The notes under the pieces were generated by a model. That model made no database searches, had not been told where the DNA came from, and was given only the letters and a program-made list of their open reading frames with translations. From Bdellovibrionales bacterium RIFOXYD12_FULL_39_22 (lineage in GTDB: Bacteria; Bdellovibrionota; Bacteriovoracia; Bacteriovoracales; Bacteriovoracaceae), in the NCBI GenBank assembly GCA_001770205.1, contig MEQL01000039.1, positions 198,787 through 262,786 of the forward strand: a DNA stretch of 64,000 nt, given 5' to 3'. Each line of letters begins with the position of its first letter. Position 1 is the first letter of the stretch. A program made the translations under genes and the position numbers. Positions 19,573-29,975 of the stretch are shown here, one piece after another.

Positions 19573-20646
19573 ATGGAGGAAAATATGATTAGGATACTAC
19601 TATTTATTTCTACAGGACTTATGCTTTTACTGTCATGTGCCACCAACACACCAGCGGAAAACAAAACGGCAACAGCTAAAACTTCCGTTGAGCGAAAAAC
19701 TGCCAGTGATGATGGATCTGATGCCATTTTTGAAAAATTCCCCATAATAGGAGAAGTAAAAACTGCGCCCAACAAAAATCAATTGGCACTTATAAAGCAA
19801 GTGAACAATTTTTCACCTGATGCGAAACTAAAAAAGGAAGAGATGAAATGGGCAACAGATTCTAACTGGAAACTAGCGCATACGGATATCTGTTTTGACA
19901 CCGCAGTTTCAACAATGGAAATAAATTACTGTTCAGATAGAAATATGCAGCATCTAAATGGAACTTTGTTGGCCGAGTTTCAGCAATGGAAAAGAGATGT
20001 TCGTTCTAATAAGCGATTTCGCGATAGTAAAAATGAAATTTTACTAACAAAATTTTTGCAAAATGCCGCTATTGCTAAAAGCAAGATAGTTGATGATTTG
20101 TGTGAAGCTGGTTCCATGAGTTGGTGGGGAGGGTCTGCCCGCTCAGCAGCGTTAATGGGGTGTCATTCCGTGTTTTTAAAAGATATGTCAGAGTTTGAAG
20201 TTTTGGCCGCAATCGCTAAATATGTAGAACCAACTCCTCCACTTAATGAGCAAAGCGATGAATACTACGCCCCAACAAAGGCAGATAGTGTTATTGCTAA
20301 GAAAATAATGTTAGTAAAAAACGATGCCAGCGGACAGATTTCTTCCACTGATTTAGCATTTGCCGACAAATGCTTAAATGACGAATACAAAGCAGTAATA
20401 GAGCATTATAAGACATCTTATGGCACAGTCGAAGAAGTACTAACTTCGGCAATGAATGCGCTTAAGGCCCAAGAAAAGGCCTGGATTACTTATCGAGATG
20501 CCTACTGCCAAGCTTACTCTTTCTTTTTGCTTCCCCAGGTTGAAGATCACATGCAATATGGTGCAGCAGCACGTGTTGAGTGCCTAACAGATTTAACCTA
20601 TAAACAGGTTAATGTTTTAAAAACGCTTGATCGTGATGACGAGTAG
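19573..20646 (+). CDS. Lipoprotein with LprI/DUF1311 lysozyme-inhibitor-like domains
   Basis: LLLSC lipobox; STMEINYC; ADKCLNDEY...LKAQEKAWITYRDAYC...ECL. Confidence 0.7.
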   Translation: MEENMIRILLFISTGLMLLLSCATNTPAENKTATAKTSVERKTASDDGSDAIFEKFPIIGEVKTAPNKNQLALIKQVNNFSPDAKLKKEEMKWATDSNWKLAHTDICFDTAVSTMEINYCSDRNMQHLNGTLLAEFQQWKRDVRSNKRFRDSKNEILLTKFLQNAAIAKSKIVDDLCEAGSMSWWGGSARSAALMGCHSVFLKDMSEFEVLAAIAKYVEPTPPLNEQSDEYYAPTKADSVIAKKIMLVKNDASGQISSTDLAFADKCLNDEYKAVIEHYKTSYGTVEEVLTSAMNALKAQEKAWITYRDAYCQAYSFFLLPQVEDHMQYGAAARVECLTDLTYKQVNVLKTLDRDDE

Positions 20647-20655
20647 ACTTGTTTT

Positions 20656-21093
20656 TTATAGCTTCTGACAATTAAAACGTTCTCGAAGATATATTACGCG
20701 TGGTGGCCAAAAAATGGCACCACGCTCTGTCTCTACCGATAAAACAATAGATAAATCTTCATCTCCAACATTAAAAGCACTTACGTAGGTAAATTTCCTT
20801 CCGTCCACCTTTTGATGCCCATGTGCTATCTTTGTGTCTGGATCAATCGTTGCCCAATTAACATTAAGATTTTTCGTGGCCTCTAAAAAAGCAAAGAGGG
20901 TATTCTCGTATGGCATTTCGCCCTGCTTATAGATAATCGCACAGGCATTGATTCCACAATCATAGGACTCTTGTAGTTGTACATTCTCAATATTGGGATC
21001 AGCATTAAGACCATTTAGTAGTACTCTCTCACAATCATTGGCAAAGATTTTTGTCGAAACAATGATTAAAAGCATAATAATAACTGATTTCAT
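20656..21093 (-). CDS. Hypothetical exported protein
   Basis: SD AGGAG; Sec signal; four Cys. Confidence 0.6.
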   Translation of the reverse strand: MKSVIIMLLIIVSTKIFANDCERVLLNGLNADPNIENVQLQESYDCGINACAIIYKQGEMPYENTLFAFLEATKNLNVNWATIDPDTKIAHGHQKVDGRKFTYVSAFNVGDEDLSIVLSVETERGAIFWPPRVIYLRERFNCQKL

Positions 21094-21105
21094 AATTTTA
21101 TCTCC

Positions 21106-21606
21106 TTAAGAAACGGCCGCAAGGGCCTTGTCATATTGTGGTTCTTGGGCAATTTCTGGAACTTGTTCTGTATATATAACTTTATTATTTTCATCCAACA
21201 CTACAATCGCACGGGAGAGTAATCCGGCCAACGGCCCATCAATAATACGTACACCATAATCTTCCCCAAAGGCCTTGCTGCGTAATTCGCTTAACATTAC
21301 AACGTTGGCAATACCTTCTGCTTCGCAAAATCTTTTCTGGGCAAAAGGCAAATCACAGGAGATGGTGAGAATTACAGTATTTTTTATCTTACTTGCTTCA
21401 TTATTAAAACGCCGGGCCGAAGCGGCGCAAATGCCGGTATCAAGACTAGGAACAATATTTAAGATTTTTCTTTTTCCCGAAAAATCTTTTAGTGATACGT
21501 CTGACAAATCAGATTTTGTTAACTTGAAATCACGTGCCATACTTTTTAGTGCGGGTAAACTTCCAGAAGTATTAATAGAATTTCCTTTTAACGTTATTTT
21601 TGTCAT
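21106..21606 (-). CDS. tpx: Thiol peroxidase (atypical 2-Cys peroxiredoxin)
   Basis: VPSLDTGIC, DLPFAQKRFC. Confidence 0.95.
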   Translation of the reverse strand: MTKITLKGNSINTSGSLPALKSMARDFKLTKSDLSDVSLKDFSGKRKILNIVPSLDTGICAASARRFNNEASKIKNTVILTISCDLPFAQKRFCEAEGIANVVMLSELRSKAFGEDYGVRIIDGPLAGLLSRAIVVLDENNKVIYTEQVPEIAQEPQYDKALAAVS

Positions 21607-21656
21607 CGCGTATGCCTCCTAATTGTAATTATTCTTAGCACTAGAAATATTTATCT

Positions 21657-21890
21657 TTATTTCAGAGAAATAAGTAGCTTACTCCAAATTGCTTTGTCTA
21701 CATTAATAATTTTATGGGCGCCCTCTTCACTAATAACTGAGCCATCTCTTAGCGCAATCACGGCATTTTTTAATTCTTCCACACGAGAAAGCAGTTTAGT
21801 GTTTTGTTCTAACAATCCTTCTACATCATCGCATGCTTTTTTTGCCCAATAGCCAATCTCTTTGTAACTCATATTTTTGCTATATTCCAT
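21657..21890 (-). CDS. Small hypothetical coiled-coil protein
   Basis: SD AGGAG; co-oriented at the end of the operon. Confidence 0.55.
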   Translation of the reverse strand: MEYSKNMSYKEIGYWAKKACDDVEGLLEQNTKLLSRVEELKNAVIALRDGSVISEEGAHKIINVDKAIWSKLLISLK

Positions 21891-21898
21891 TGATGCTC

Positions 21899-22942
21899 CT
21901 ATATTTTAAGTTCGGAATGGATAAAATCTACAACTTCACCAATATTGGAAATCTGTTTTGTTTCTAAATCGGTAGTGACCCTAACAGGAACTTCTTGGGC
22001 CAACTTAACAAGAACCGGAGATAATCGAAAATATTTAATAAAAGGAATTTGTTCATTTTGATTAATAAAAACAAAGGCCTTTTTCCCTAAATAACTGGCC
22101 AAATTTGCCACCCAAAACTCATCAGTTATCACACTTAACGATTCCTCAATCAGTACCCTTAAAAGTTCTGGCCCCGTAGTAGTTATAATTTTAAAACTAT
22201 TTTTTCCTTCCGAATTATCGGCAGATGATTTGAAAATATCTAGTAAGTTTTGTTTTTCAGTATCACTACGATTATCCACTATAATAAATTTCTGGGAGAT
22301 AAAACAATCAAAAAAACTTTTCCAAAGCGGCAAATTTTTTGATTCATTAATGCTAATAAGGAAGTGCTGTTTTTCATCGAAAGCTATGGGGGTGGCGGGG
22401 ACAGAGCTTGCTTCATTTCCAGATGAAGGAGTTGATTCATCTGGAAACAGCACTGGATCTGGGGGAATTTCAATATCACATATCTTTAGATTATCGAATT
22501 TTTTACCAGTATAGTCTTCCAGTAGATGTAAGTAATACTCATCATAGATGCGCTTAAGGCCTTGGGCCTTTTTTATTTTTTTTGTAAGCCACAACCGATT
22601 AGCGCCATTAACCATGCCAATTCGCTCACGTGCACGAAAAGTTATTCCCATAAAAGCAGATTTAAAAGAATCTTCCAGGTCAAAAAAAAGATCGATATTA
22701 AAAACATCCAAAAGATTATAGCTGTAATGATGAATTCCCCAGAGGGAATTCTTCTTCAAGGGAAATGAATAGCTTTTAACATTTAGCTTGGTATTTAAAA
22801 ACTTACACAGATCTGGCAAGTCATCGTTTACTATTAAGTTTATTTCGGCATCAACAAACTCTGTTCGCAGTGCATGGAAAAATGGAAATGCTAAAATTAA
22901 TTCATCTCTCTTGGCGGGGCCCTTGATTAAAATTTTTTTCAT
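21899..22942 (-). CDS. Glycosyltransferase family 9 (heptosyltransferase-like), divergent
   Basis: MKKILIKG..DELIL..P...LR, FDLEDSFKSA, RERIG, ASYLG. Confidence 0.6.
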   Translation of the reverse strand: MKKILIKGPAKRDELILAFPFFHALRTEFVDAEINLIVNDDLPDLCKFLNTKLNVKSYSFPLKKNSLWGIHHYSYNLLDVFNIDLFFDLEDSFKSAFMGITFRARERIGMVNGANRLWLTKKIKKAQGLKRIYDEYYLHLLEDYTGKKFDNLKICDIEIPPDPVLFPDESTPSSGNEASSVPATPIAFDEKQHFLISINESKNLPLWKSFFDCFISQKFIIVDNRSDTEKQNLLDIFKSSADNSEGKNSFKIITTTGPELLRVLIEESLSVITDEFWVANLASYLGKKAFVFINQNEQIPFIKYFRLSPVLVKLAQEVPVRVTTDLETKQISNIGEVVDFIHSELKI

Positions 22943-23679
22943 AGGCCTTTCTCATTTGCTCGATGATGAACGATGGTGAAATAGATAACAGCAAAAGGAA
23001 AAGCAAAAAGATTAATTATGGGAAGCGACATAATAAATAAAAAAATTCCACCACTACCTAAATAGATTAAAAGATTACCCCGCAAATCGGCGAAACATTC
23101 CTTAAAACTTTGATTGTGTCGAGACCAGGAATAGTCAATAAATTGCACCGAAAACATCAGGGCCGTCAAAATAAAGCTAATGGGTGAGAGTATAGGGATT
23201 AGCCCGAGAACAAAAGCAAAGAGAGTAATCGCCATTATAAAGGCCAATTTTTTGCTTTCATTAATCAAAATGAATTTTATTCCACCCATCTTCTTTTTTA
23301 AATGGGAGAGTAGTTCTTCGTTGGCCACCCCCAAAAGGGCCTTTTCCGCACGTTCGCTAATGATATCATTTATGGGAGAGGCCATAAGCGAAACGAACAA
23401 AACAAAGGTCCAATTGATAATAAAAAACAACGTAATAGAAATAACGGCCAAGGCCAAATAGGAAAGAATACCCGAAAGATTGCCGGCCCCCAATCGATCC
23501 TCGATAAAGACTTTGGCATACTCCCAAACATCTGTAAAAAACCAAGTTCCCAAAAGAGCATATAAAATCAATCCGACAATAATGGGGATTAAGCTCAAAA
23601 GAATAATGAGCTTGTCTTTGTTGGCAACTGCTAATACTTCCCTAAAACTTTTCGTGACAATCTTAATTGAGCTAAACAT
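22939..23679 (-). CDS. EI24/CysZ-family membrane protein
   Basis: ASPINDIISERAE, QFIDY, LPIINL; multi-TM. Confidence 0.75.
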   Translation of the reverse strand: MFSSIKIVTKSFREVLAVANKDKLIILLSLIPIIVGLILYALLGTWFFTDVWEYAKVFIEDRLGAGNLSGILSYLALAVISITLFFIINWTFVLFVSLMASPINDIISERAEKALLGVANEELLSHLKKKMGGIKFILINESKKLAFIMAITLFAFVLGLIPILSPISFILTALMFSVQFIDYSWSRHNQSFKECFADLRGNLLIYLGSGGIFLFIMSLPIINLFAFPFAVIYFTIVHHRANEKGL

Positions 23680-23720
23680 TTCTCAACGACTATAACTCGA
23701 AATTACATCTCTGGGAATAA

Positions 23721-25010
23721 TCAATTTTGCGAAACATTCATCTTGCTGATAAGCACTTCAAAGGTCTTTTCTTCTCTGATCTTATACATCAGGTTTTGCT
23801 TCATTTGCTTATCTTTTAAATAATACTCCTTAAGTGTTTCAAGGGGAAGGCCGGTCGCCTGAAAGGACTCTTCCATTTTCTTGTCAAAATCAGCATCGGC
23901 CACAGTGATTGCAAATTCGCGAGAAAGTGCTCCAAAAATTAGCCCTGCGCGTACTTGAAATTCCGCCTGAGAAGTTAGGTCAACGCCATTCTTTTTAAAA
24001 TAGTCTTCAACCGCATCTTCGTTATATCCATATCGATTTTTAAGTTCACCGGCCATTTGCTCTCGAATGGTATATTCTTGCTCATGAATAAGCGAAAGTG
24101 GAATATCAAATTTATTTTCTTCAACAAGTTTTTCTAAAATCTCTTTTTGTAATTTCCCTTCGGCCCGTTTTTTTGTTTGCTCTGCAAGTAATTTACGATT
24201 TTTAGTGAAGAATTCTTCTGTCGACTCATATCCAAATTCTTTTGCCAATTCTTCTGTTAGGGCCGGAACTTTTTTTTCTTTTATCTCTAAAACCTCTACT
24301 TCGAATTTAACTTTGACAGATTGCAACTCAACGGCATGATAATCGGCCGGGAAAGTAAGATTTAGAACACGATGATCTCCTTTTTTTGCACCTAAAAGGC
24401 CATCTTCGAATCCAGGTATAAAACTTTTAGAGCCAATTTCTAAGACAAAATCTTGTCCTTTCATATTTTCTGGACGCTCACCATTTTCTAGTTCTCCAGC
24501 GAAATTCAACACCGCATGCATTCCCTTGTCTAACCCAACCTCACCTTCAATCTCCACCATTTGAGCTTTGGAATCCAGGTATCTTTTCTTTAAATCTTCC
24601 AGGTCTTCATCGCTAACCTCAACACTGTCCATGGAAAAGTGATATTTTGAATAATCCTTTAGCTTTATTTCCGGAATGAACTCACAAATTACTTCAAAAC
24701 TAACGCTCTTGCCGGGATCATATTTTAGATTTTCCATAGATGGTTGACCGACAATAGATAATTTCTCCTCAGAAGTGGCCGCAAATGCCTTGGCCTGGAT
24801 AAAATTGTTAAGGGCATCTAACTCAACCTCTTTAGCATAAAATTTCTCAATCATATGCATCGGGGCCTTCCCTTTACGAAAACCTTTCATGTTCGATTCT
24901 TTTTGCTTTTTTACTAATTCTAATTTTATTTCTGCTGATAGATCTAATGTTTCAAAGTTAAATTTGAATTTTTTTGTACAACCGTTAATGTCTTCGATGG
25001 AATAGGACAT
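23721..25010 (-). CDS. tig: Trigger factor
   Basis: GFRKGKAP ribosome-binding signature; IGSKSFIPGFE; FPADYH. Confidence 0.95.
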   Translation of the reverse strand: MSYSIEDINGCTKKFKFNFETLDLSAEIKLELVKKQKESNMKGFRKGKAPMHMIEKFYAKEVELDALNNFIQAKAFAATSEEKLSIVGQPSMENLKYDPGKSVSFEVICEFIPEIKLKDYSKYHFSMDSVEVSDEDLEDLKKRYLDSKAQMVEIEGEVGLDKGMHAVLNFAGELENGERPENMKGQDFVLEIGSKSFIPGFEDGLLGAKKGDHRVLNLTFPADYHAVELQSVKVKFEVEVLEIKEKKVPALTEELAKEFGYESTEEFFTKNRKLLAEQTKKRAEGKLQKEILEKLVEENKFDIPLSLIHEQEYTIREQMAGELKNRYGYNEDAVEDYFKKNGVDLTSQAEFQVRAGLIFGALSREFAITVADADFDKKMEESFQATGLPLETLKEYYLKDKQMKQNLMYKIREEKTFEVLISKMNVSQN

Positions 25011-25050
25011 GATTCACCTCTGTTGATTGGTTTTTTAAATAAGCTGGTGG

Positions 25051-25079
25051 AAAATAACTATTAAGCGGCAATTTGTCAA
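25051..25079 (-). promoter_or_regulatory. sigma70-type promoter for tig
   Basis: TTGACA-17 nt-TATTTT on minus strand. Confidence 0.55.
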
Positions 25080-25098
25080 ATAGAGAGAGGGTTATCTG

Positions 25099-25905
25099 TT
25101 AATAGTGAACTTCCGCTAGGTAGAGGCCTTCTGGATCGGCCACAAAGCCAACTTTTTTGACGCCGTAAGGAGCTACCAGGGCCGCGGCAATGTCAGTTTC
25201 TTTGATTTTTCCTCTTCCTAAATTAAAAAGAGCACCAACTATTAAACGCACCATTTGCTTCAAAAAGCCACTGCCTCTGATTCTAAACAGGTAATAGTTT
25301 GCTGTCGCGCCAGAAGACGCCAGGTTAATCCAGGGATGTCCTCCATTTATTGGTTCTAGGGAAAATTCAAAAATTTCACGAATAGTGGATTTAACCTCTG
25401 TTCCTGTACAGCTAAAATTACAGAAATCATGTTTCCCTAAAAAAAGCCGGCCACCATTTTTCATGGCCGCAATATCTATTTCATACGGATATTGGGCCAC
25501 TAATTCGCGATCGAAAGGAGAGATAATGGTACTAGTAGAAAAACAGTAAATATACTCTTTCCATTTTGCGTTGTAGATCGGATGAAAACTCTCATCTATT
25601 TTTTTTACCTCTAAAATTCGAATATCTGCCGGTATAAGTGCATTAAGAGCGCGCTGAAGTCCAATTGGTTCAATCATGAATGGCAAATCCATTCGAATAA
25701 CCTGCCCCAGCGCATGCACACCGGCATCCGTTCTTCCAGAACCAATGGTGTGAATAAGTTCACTTTTGGTTATTTTTTTTAAGGCATAATTAATTTCACC
25801 CTGAATAGTCTTTCCCGCTTGGCCATTTTGAATTTGCCAGCCATTATAATTTGTTCCCTTGTATTGAATGGTGGCCGAAAAAGAGTGAACTCTAGAGATA
25901 TTCAA
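25099..25905 (-). CDS. truA: tRNA pseudouridine(38-40) synthase
   Basis: YKGTNYNGWQ, GSGRTDAGVHA, FLKQMVR, GLYL. Confidence 0.95.
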   Translation of the reverse strand: MNISRVHSFSATIQYKGTNYNGWQIQNGQAGKTIQGEINYALKKITKSELIHTIGSGRTDAGVHALGQVIRMDLPFMIEPIGLQRALNALIPADIRILEVKKIDESFHPIYNAKWKEYIYCFSTSTIISPFDRELVAQYPYEIDIAAMKNGGRLFLGKHDFCNFSCTGTEVKSTIREIFEFSLEPINGGHPWINLASSGATANYYLFRIRGSGFLKQMVRLIVGALFNLGRGKIKETDIAAALVAPYGVKKVGFVADPEGLYLAEVHY

Positions 25906-26935
25906 AGGTGATTCCTACACCGAAAGTTACTCCAGAGATAGTTATGTCATCCTGGAAATTGGAAAGATTGTGCATTCGGGCCATGATATTAAAATATTGT
26001 TTGGTAATACCCATCGACGAATATAACGCCGCTCCAGAGGAGGCCATTGCGTTGGAGAGGGCAAAGCGAAATTTTGCTTCCGCAAAATAGCCAGTTCCCA
26101 TTTGAATTTTAGTTTTATCACTATCATCATCTTTTAAATCATTGCGATTTTGAGAGAGCATTGCCAAAGTTGCTCCACCGCTCCCGCAAAGCTTAATCCA
26201 GGTAGAAACAGGAATTTCAAGGGATAGGCCAAGATCTATTGGGATAGTCCAAATTTTAAATTCTGTGTGACTTTTTGTCTGTGATGTTTGAAAAAGGCCA
26301 ACTCCGCGATTAAATCCTGCACTGATATTTGCAACAATCCCGAGATCAATGAAATAGCGCATGAAAAATTTTTGAAACTCGATTTCCAAAAAACCAACAT
26401 TAACGGCATCCTTGTCATCTTGAAAGGTTTTTTTAAAAATATTCTTACTATCTTTGTAGTTGAAATTATTTTGATAATAATTAAGTCCAAAGCCACTTCG
26501 CCCTTTGTTGGAAATTGAACGCATAAGATCTATTTTGCGGGTAGAGATATATTCATTACCCTCATCAAAAGTCCCCGTTAGTGTTTGGCCAGTTGACTGT
26601 CTAGAAGCTTCGCGATCAAGTAGTGATCTGCTGCTAATATCTTGCGCCTCCGAGGGACTTTCTCCTAGATGGCGATCCGCACGATCAATCACGAAACTCT
26701 CAAATTCTTTGTTACTCTCGACTAAATCTAATGGGCCAGGGCCTCGCTCAACACCACCCAAAAAAGTATCATTGGCCTTATAATCTTCTAGCACTGTTTC
26801 AATGCCCTCTTCGGCCGGAACCTCTCCCGGCATATATTGGCCAAAACCATTATGAGAACAACGCACAAAAAGTAGTATTGTGAAAAAGAGAATCAACATT
26901 AGTCGTCTATTTCTGACTTTCAACGACATTATCAT
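25892..26935 (-). CDS. Hypothetical outer-membrane beta-barrel-like protein
   Basis: Signal with possible lipobox LFVRC; alternating beta-strands; C-terminal FGVGITFEYL; start uncertain (26929 or 26935). Confidence 0.55.
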   Translation of the reverse strand: MIMSLKVRNRRLMLILFFTILLFVRCSHNGFGQYMPGEVPAEEGIETVLEDYKANDTFLGGVERGPGPLDLVESNKEFESFVIDRADRHLGESPSEAQDISSRSLLDREASRQSTGQTLTGTFDEGNEYISTRKIDLMRSISNKGRSGFGLNYYQNNFNYKDSKNIFKKTFQDDKDAVNVGFLEIEFQKFFMRYFIDLGIVANISAGFNRGVGLFQTSQTKSHTEFKIWTIPIDLGLSLEIPVSTWIKLCGSGGATLAMLSQNRNDLKDDDSDKTKIQMGTGYFAEAKFRFALSNAMASSGAALYSSMGITKQYFNIMARMHNLSNFQDDITISGVTFGVGITFEYL

Positions 26936-27683
26936 TTTCACCTTCACTGTCTGATTCATGTGACCATTCAAAAACATCTTCCAGACGGCCTTTATTGCGC
27001 ATGAAATAATAAAGCGAACCAACAGTATAGATATTTATAAAAACAAAAATTGCATATTCATAAGAAGTATAGAGAACGCTAAAAAGGATAAAAATAGAAA
27101 AAAGTAGAGTTTTTTTATGCCGACTCAGCCATTCAGATTTTTTAAAAGAGTAAAACCAAATATTAGAGATCATAAGTAGAGAATAGGCCAAAATATAGAG
27201 AAAAATAGCAGGGGTAAAGTCGTTGATAATTTCAAACTCCTCCGCAAAAAGGACTAGTCCAATCATGGCCATGGCTCCACCTGGAATAGGAAGGCCTTGA
27301 AAAAAAGAGGGATTGATTTTTTTTATATTGGCATTGAAGCGTGCCAAGCGAAGGGCCCCACAGAGCAGATAGATAAAAGCAACAACCAGTCCAGGCCTTC
27401 CCAAATTTATTAAAAATTTTTGATATACCAGCATGGCCGGAGCAACTCCGAAGGATATGACATCACTTAAAGAATCAAATTGTTCTCCAAAAGGAGATTG
27501 TGTTCCTGTAAGTCTAGCAATTCGCCCATCAACTGAATCAAAAAGCGCCCCTAAAAGTAAAATTAAGGCCGCTTGCTCAAACTTATATTGAAAAGAGTAA
27601 ATTACGCTAGCAAAACCGCAAGCAATGTTAAGCGCAGTAAAAGTGTTGGGCAAAAAAAATGCCAGTTTTTTAGGATCGAACAT
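26907..27683 (-). CDS. pssA: CDP-diacylglycerol--serine O-phosphatidyltransferase
   Basis: LPNTFT, DSVDGRIAR..G..FDSLSD, LRLARFN, FQGLPIP. Confidence 0.93.
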   Translation of the reverse strand: MFDPKKLAFFLPNTFTALNIACGFASVIYSFQYKFEQAALILLLGALFDSVDGRIARLTGTQSPFGEQFDSLSDVISFGVAPAMLVYQKFLINLGRPGLVVAFIYLLCGALRLARFNANIKKINPSFFQGLPIPGGAMAMIGLVLFAEEFEIINDFTPAIFLYILAYSLLMISNIWFYSFKKSEWLSRHKKTLLFSIFILFSVLYTSYEYAIFVFINIYTVGSLYYFMRNKGRLEDVFEWSHESDSEGENDNVVESQK

Positions 27684-27694
27684 ACTGTTAAATA

Positions 27695-28351
27695 TTATGG
27701 CATAAGAGCTGTCTTTGCGACAGAAAATTCTTTTGCCAGAGAACGAAAGTAATACGGAGGATGACGCATCTGTTTTGCAACAACAGCGCCAAAGATTTCA
27801 GCTGGAAAATCAAAAATAAGCTTTGAAGAATCAAGCAGGGTATATGCTGGCAGGCCTGGTAGTTCTGCCGGGTTATTAGCGTAAAGTTCATGGCCTTCTG
27901 CTAGAAGAGCATTAATTCGATCACTATAATCATCTTTAGAAAATAGTTCGCGGACAAATACTCCAGCTTGATCTTGGTAGTAGATAAAAATTTCGCCTTT
28001 AAATGCCAACGCTAACCAGGCCATTTTGCAATTTTCTTTTTTTACCATCCACGGAACCTCAAAGTGGTAAAAAGAATAAGTATTCCATTTTTGCCATTCA
28101 CAGATCTGAGCAATACCTTCTGCCACTCTAATTCCAGTGTACGAACCGGGGCCGGCAGTTACAATCAAAGAATCAATTTGTGCAAGATTAACTTTATTTT
28201 TTTTCACCATTTTGTATATGAGAGCATGGATTTTGCGAGAAGATTTTTTTTCCTCAAGAGAAAGATAGTCTATCCATTTAAATTGCGCATCAAGCAGGCC
28301 GATTGTTAAAGAATTACTTGTATCAATGTACAGTGAGGGAATTGTTTCCAT
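27695..28351 (-). CDS. tsaB: tRNA threonylcarbamoyladenosine biosynthesis protein TsaB
   Basis: LYIDTS, GPGSYTGIRV. Confidence 0.85.
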   Translation of the reverse strand: METIPSLYIDTSNSLTIGLLDAQFKWIDYLSLEEKKSSRKIHALIYKMVKKNKVNLAQIDSLIVTAGPGSYTGIRVAEGIAQICEWQKWNTYSFYHFEVPWMVKKENCKMAWLALAFKGEIFIYYQDQAGVFVRELFSKDDYSDRINALLAEGHELYANNPAELPGLPAYTLLDSSKLIFDFPAEIFGAVVAKQMRHPPYYFRSLAKEFSVAKTALMP

Positions 28352-28353
28352 TT

Positions 28354-29937
28354 TCAATTAAACAGATTGGCGAAAAATTTGAGCTGACTTAAATCATTAT
28401 AAAAAACTACAACCATTAAAAGCAGAAGTAGTGACAGGCCAAATTGTTGGGCCATCTCCATTGTCCGCTTAGAAAGAGGTGAGCGTTTTATTAACTCGAT
28501 GGTGATAAACATCAAGTGGCCGCCATCTAACACCGGAATAGGGAAGAGATTAATAATTCCCAAATTTACAGACATCATGGCCATTATGCGAAAAAAGTAG
28601 GTCAAACTGAAATTAAAAGAATTGGCCGCGACGCTGCTTATGGCGATTGGCCCCCCCACATTCTTCATAGAAATATTACCACTAATTAGTTCAACGACGA
28701 AGGTTATTGTTTTTCCAATTTCATTTACTGTCATCATTGCTGCTTGGATCACGGAGTTGAAAAATCCTTTAGATTCTGTTTGCATCATACCTGATGCCAC
28801 AAAGCTTATCGTACTTTCAATACCAATAATTTTAACTATACGGCCGTCCTGTTTCTGGGTAGTAGGAGTGACTTGATAAACGGCCTTTTGTCCCTTGTGT
28901 AATACACCTATTGAAACTGCTTCTTTGGTGCTTTCTTGCAGCGTGCTACGCAAATCTTCAAAGCTGGCCAACATTTTTCCATCTATTTCGACAATAATAT
29001 CTCCAGCGACAACACCTGCGACTTCGGCCGGAGAGTTTGCCCTAACGGCCTTAACTAACAGATCGGCGGGATAAAGGCCCATGCTATATATCAACGGTAA
29101 TCCGTTGTGTTCAGAAATTTCTAACTCGGCAAATTTTTTCACCTTGGATTTTTTTTGGTCGGCATATTCAGATAAATCACTCGACAGATAATGAATATAA
29201 AGACGCTGAGGATGTTCTGAGACAATTATTTCGGGTAAGGAAACTTGCCAATCCATTTCTTCAGAATGTGTAGAAACACCAAAATACTTACCATTGCTAT
29301 CAACCAAAATAGGAGAAACCAATGGACGAAGATATTTTAACAGTTCATCAAAAAATGCTTTTGCATTCATTCCAATGGGAAGTTCGATTTTTTTATTCTT
29401 CCGTCGAACTGTAATCTTTTTTAAACTCTCTTTTTCTAACGGCACAATATCTGTTGGCCCGGAGATTATCACATCGTTAATGCTGATTAACACATCACCA
29501 GTCCTAATCCCCATCTTGTATACTGCCGCATCACGTTTAATTTCGCCAATGCGAATTTCGGGAAGTTTTTCACCACTCATCAGTAATGAGAAGAAAAGAG
29601 CAAAGGCCAAAATAAAATTGGCAATGGGGCCGGCGGAGACAATACAAAACTTAGGCCATTTTGCTTGGTGTACAAAGCTAAAGTGACGCTCACTTTCTGG
29701 AATGCTCTCCTTCGCAAAGGGGTCATCTCCAAACATCTTCACATATCCACCCAACGGAATTAGTGAAAACGCATATTCAGTAAATCCTTTTTTAAATTTA
29801 AAAAGTTTGGGCCCAAAGCCAATAGAAAAAACTTCTACTCGGACACCAAAAAATCTGGCCATAAGAAAATGGCCAAGTTCATGAAAAAAAACTAGTGGAC
29901 TTAAAAATAAAATGAAGGTTCCAATCTGACTTAGCAT
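28354..29937 (-). CDS. rseP: RIP metalloprotease RseP with PDZ domains
   Basis: HELGH, FSIGFGP, IPLGGYVKM, AGPIAN, NLFPIPVLDGG. Confidence 0.95.
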   Translation of the reverse strand: MLSQIGTFILFLSPLVFFHELGHFLMARFFGVRVEVFSIGFGPKLFKFKKGFTEYAFSLIPLGGYVKMFGDDPFAKESIPESERHFSFVHQAKWPKFCIVSAGPIANFILAFALFFSLLMSGEKLPEIRIGEIKRDAAVYKMGIRTGDVLISINDVIISGPTDIVPLEKESLKKITVRRKNKKIELPIGMNAKAFFDELLKYLRPLVSPILVDSNGKYFGVSTHSEEMDWQVSLPEIIVSEHPQRLYIHYLSSDLSEYADQKKSKVKKFAELEISEHNGLPLIYSMGLYPADLLVKAVRANSPAEVAGVVAGDIIVEIDGKMLASFEDLRSTLQESTKEAVSIGVLHKGQKAVYQVTPTTQKQDGRIVKIIGIESTISFVASGMMQTESKGFFNSVIQAAMMTVNEIGKTITFVVELISGNISMKNVGGPIAISSVAANSFNFSLTYFFRIMAMMSVNLGIINLFPIPVLDGGHLMFITIELIKRSPLSKRTMEMAQQFGLSLLLLLMVVVFYNDLSQLKFFANLFN

Positions 29938-29975
29938 AATGTAATCAACTCCTATGAAGAGTTGATTTTAGTCGA

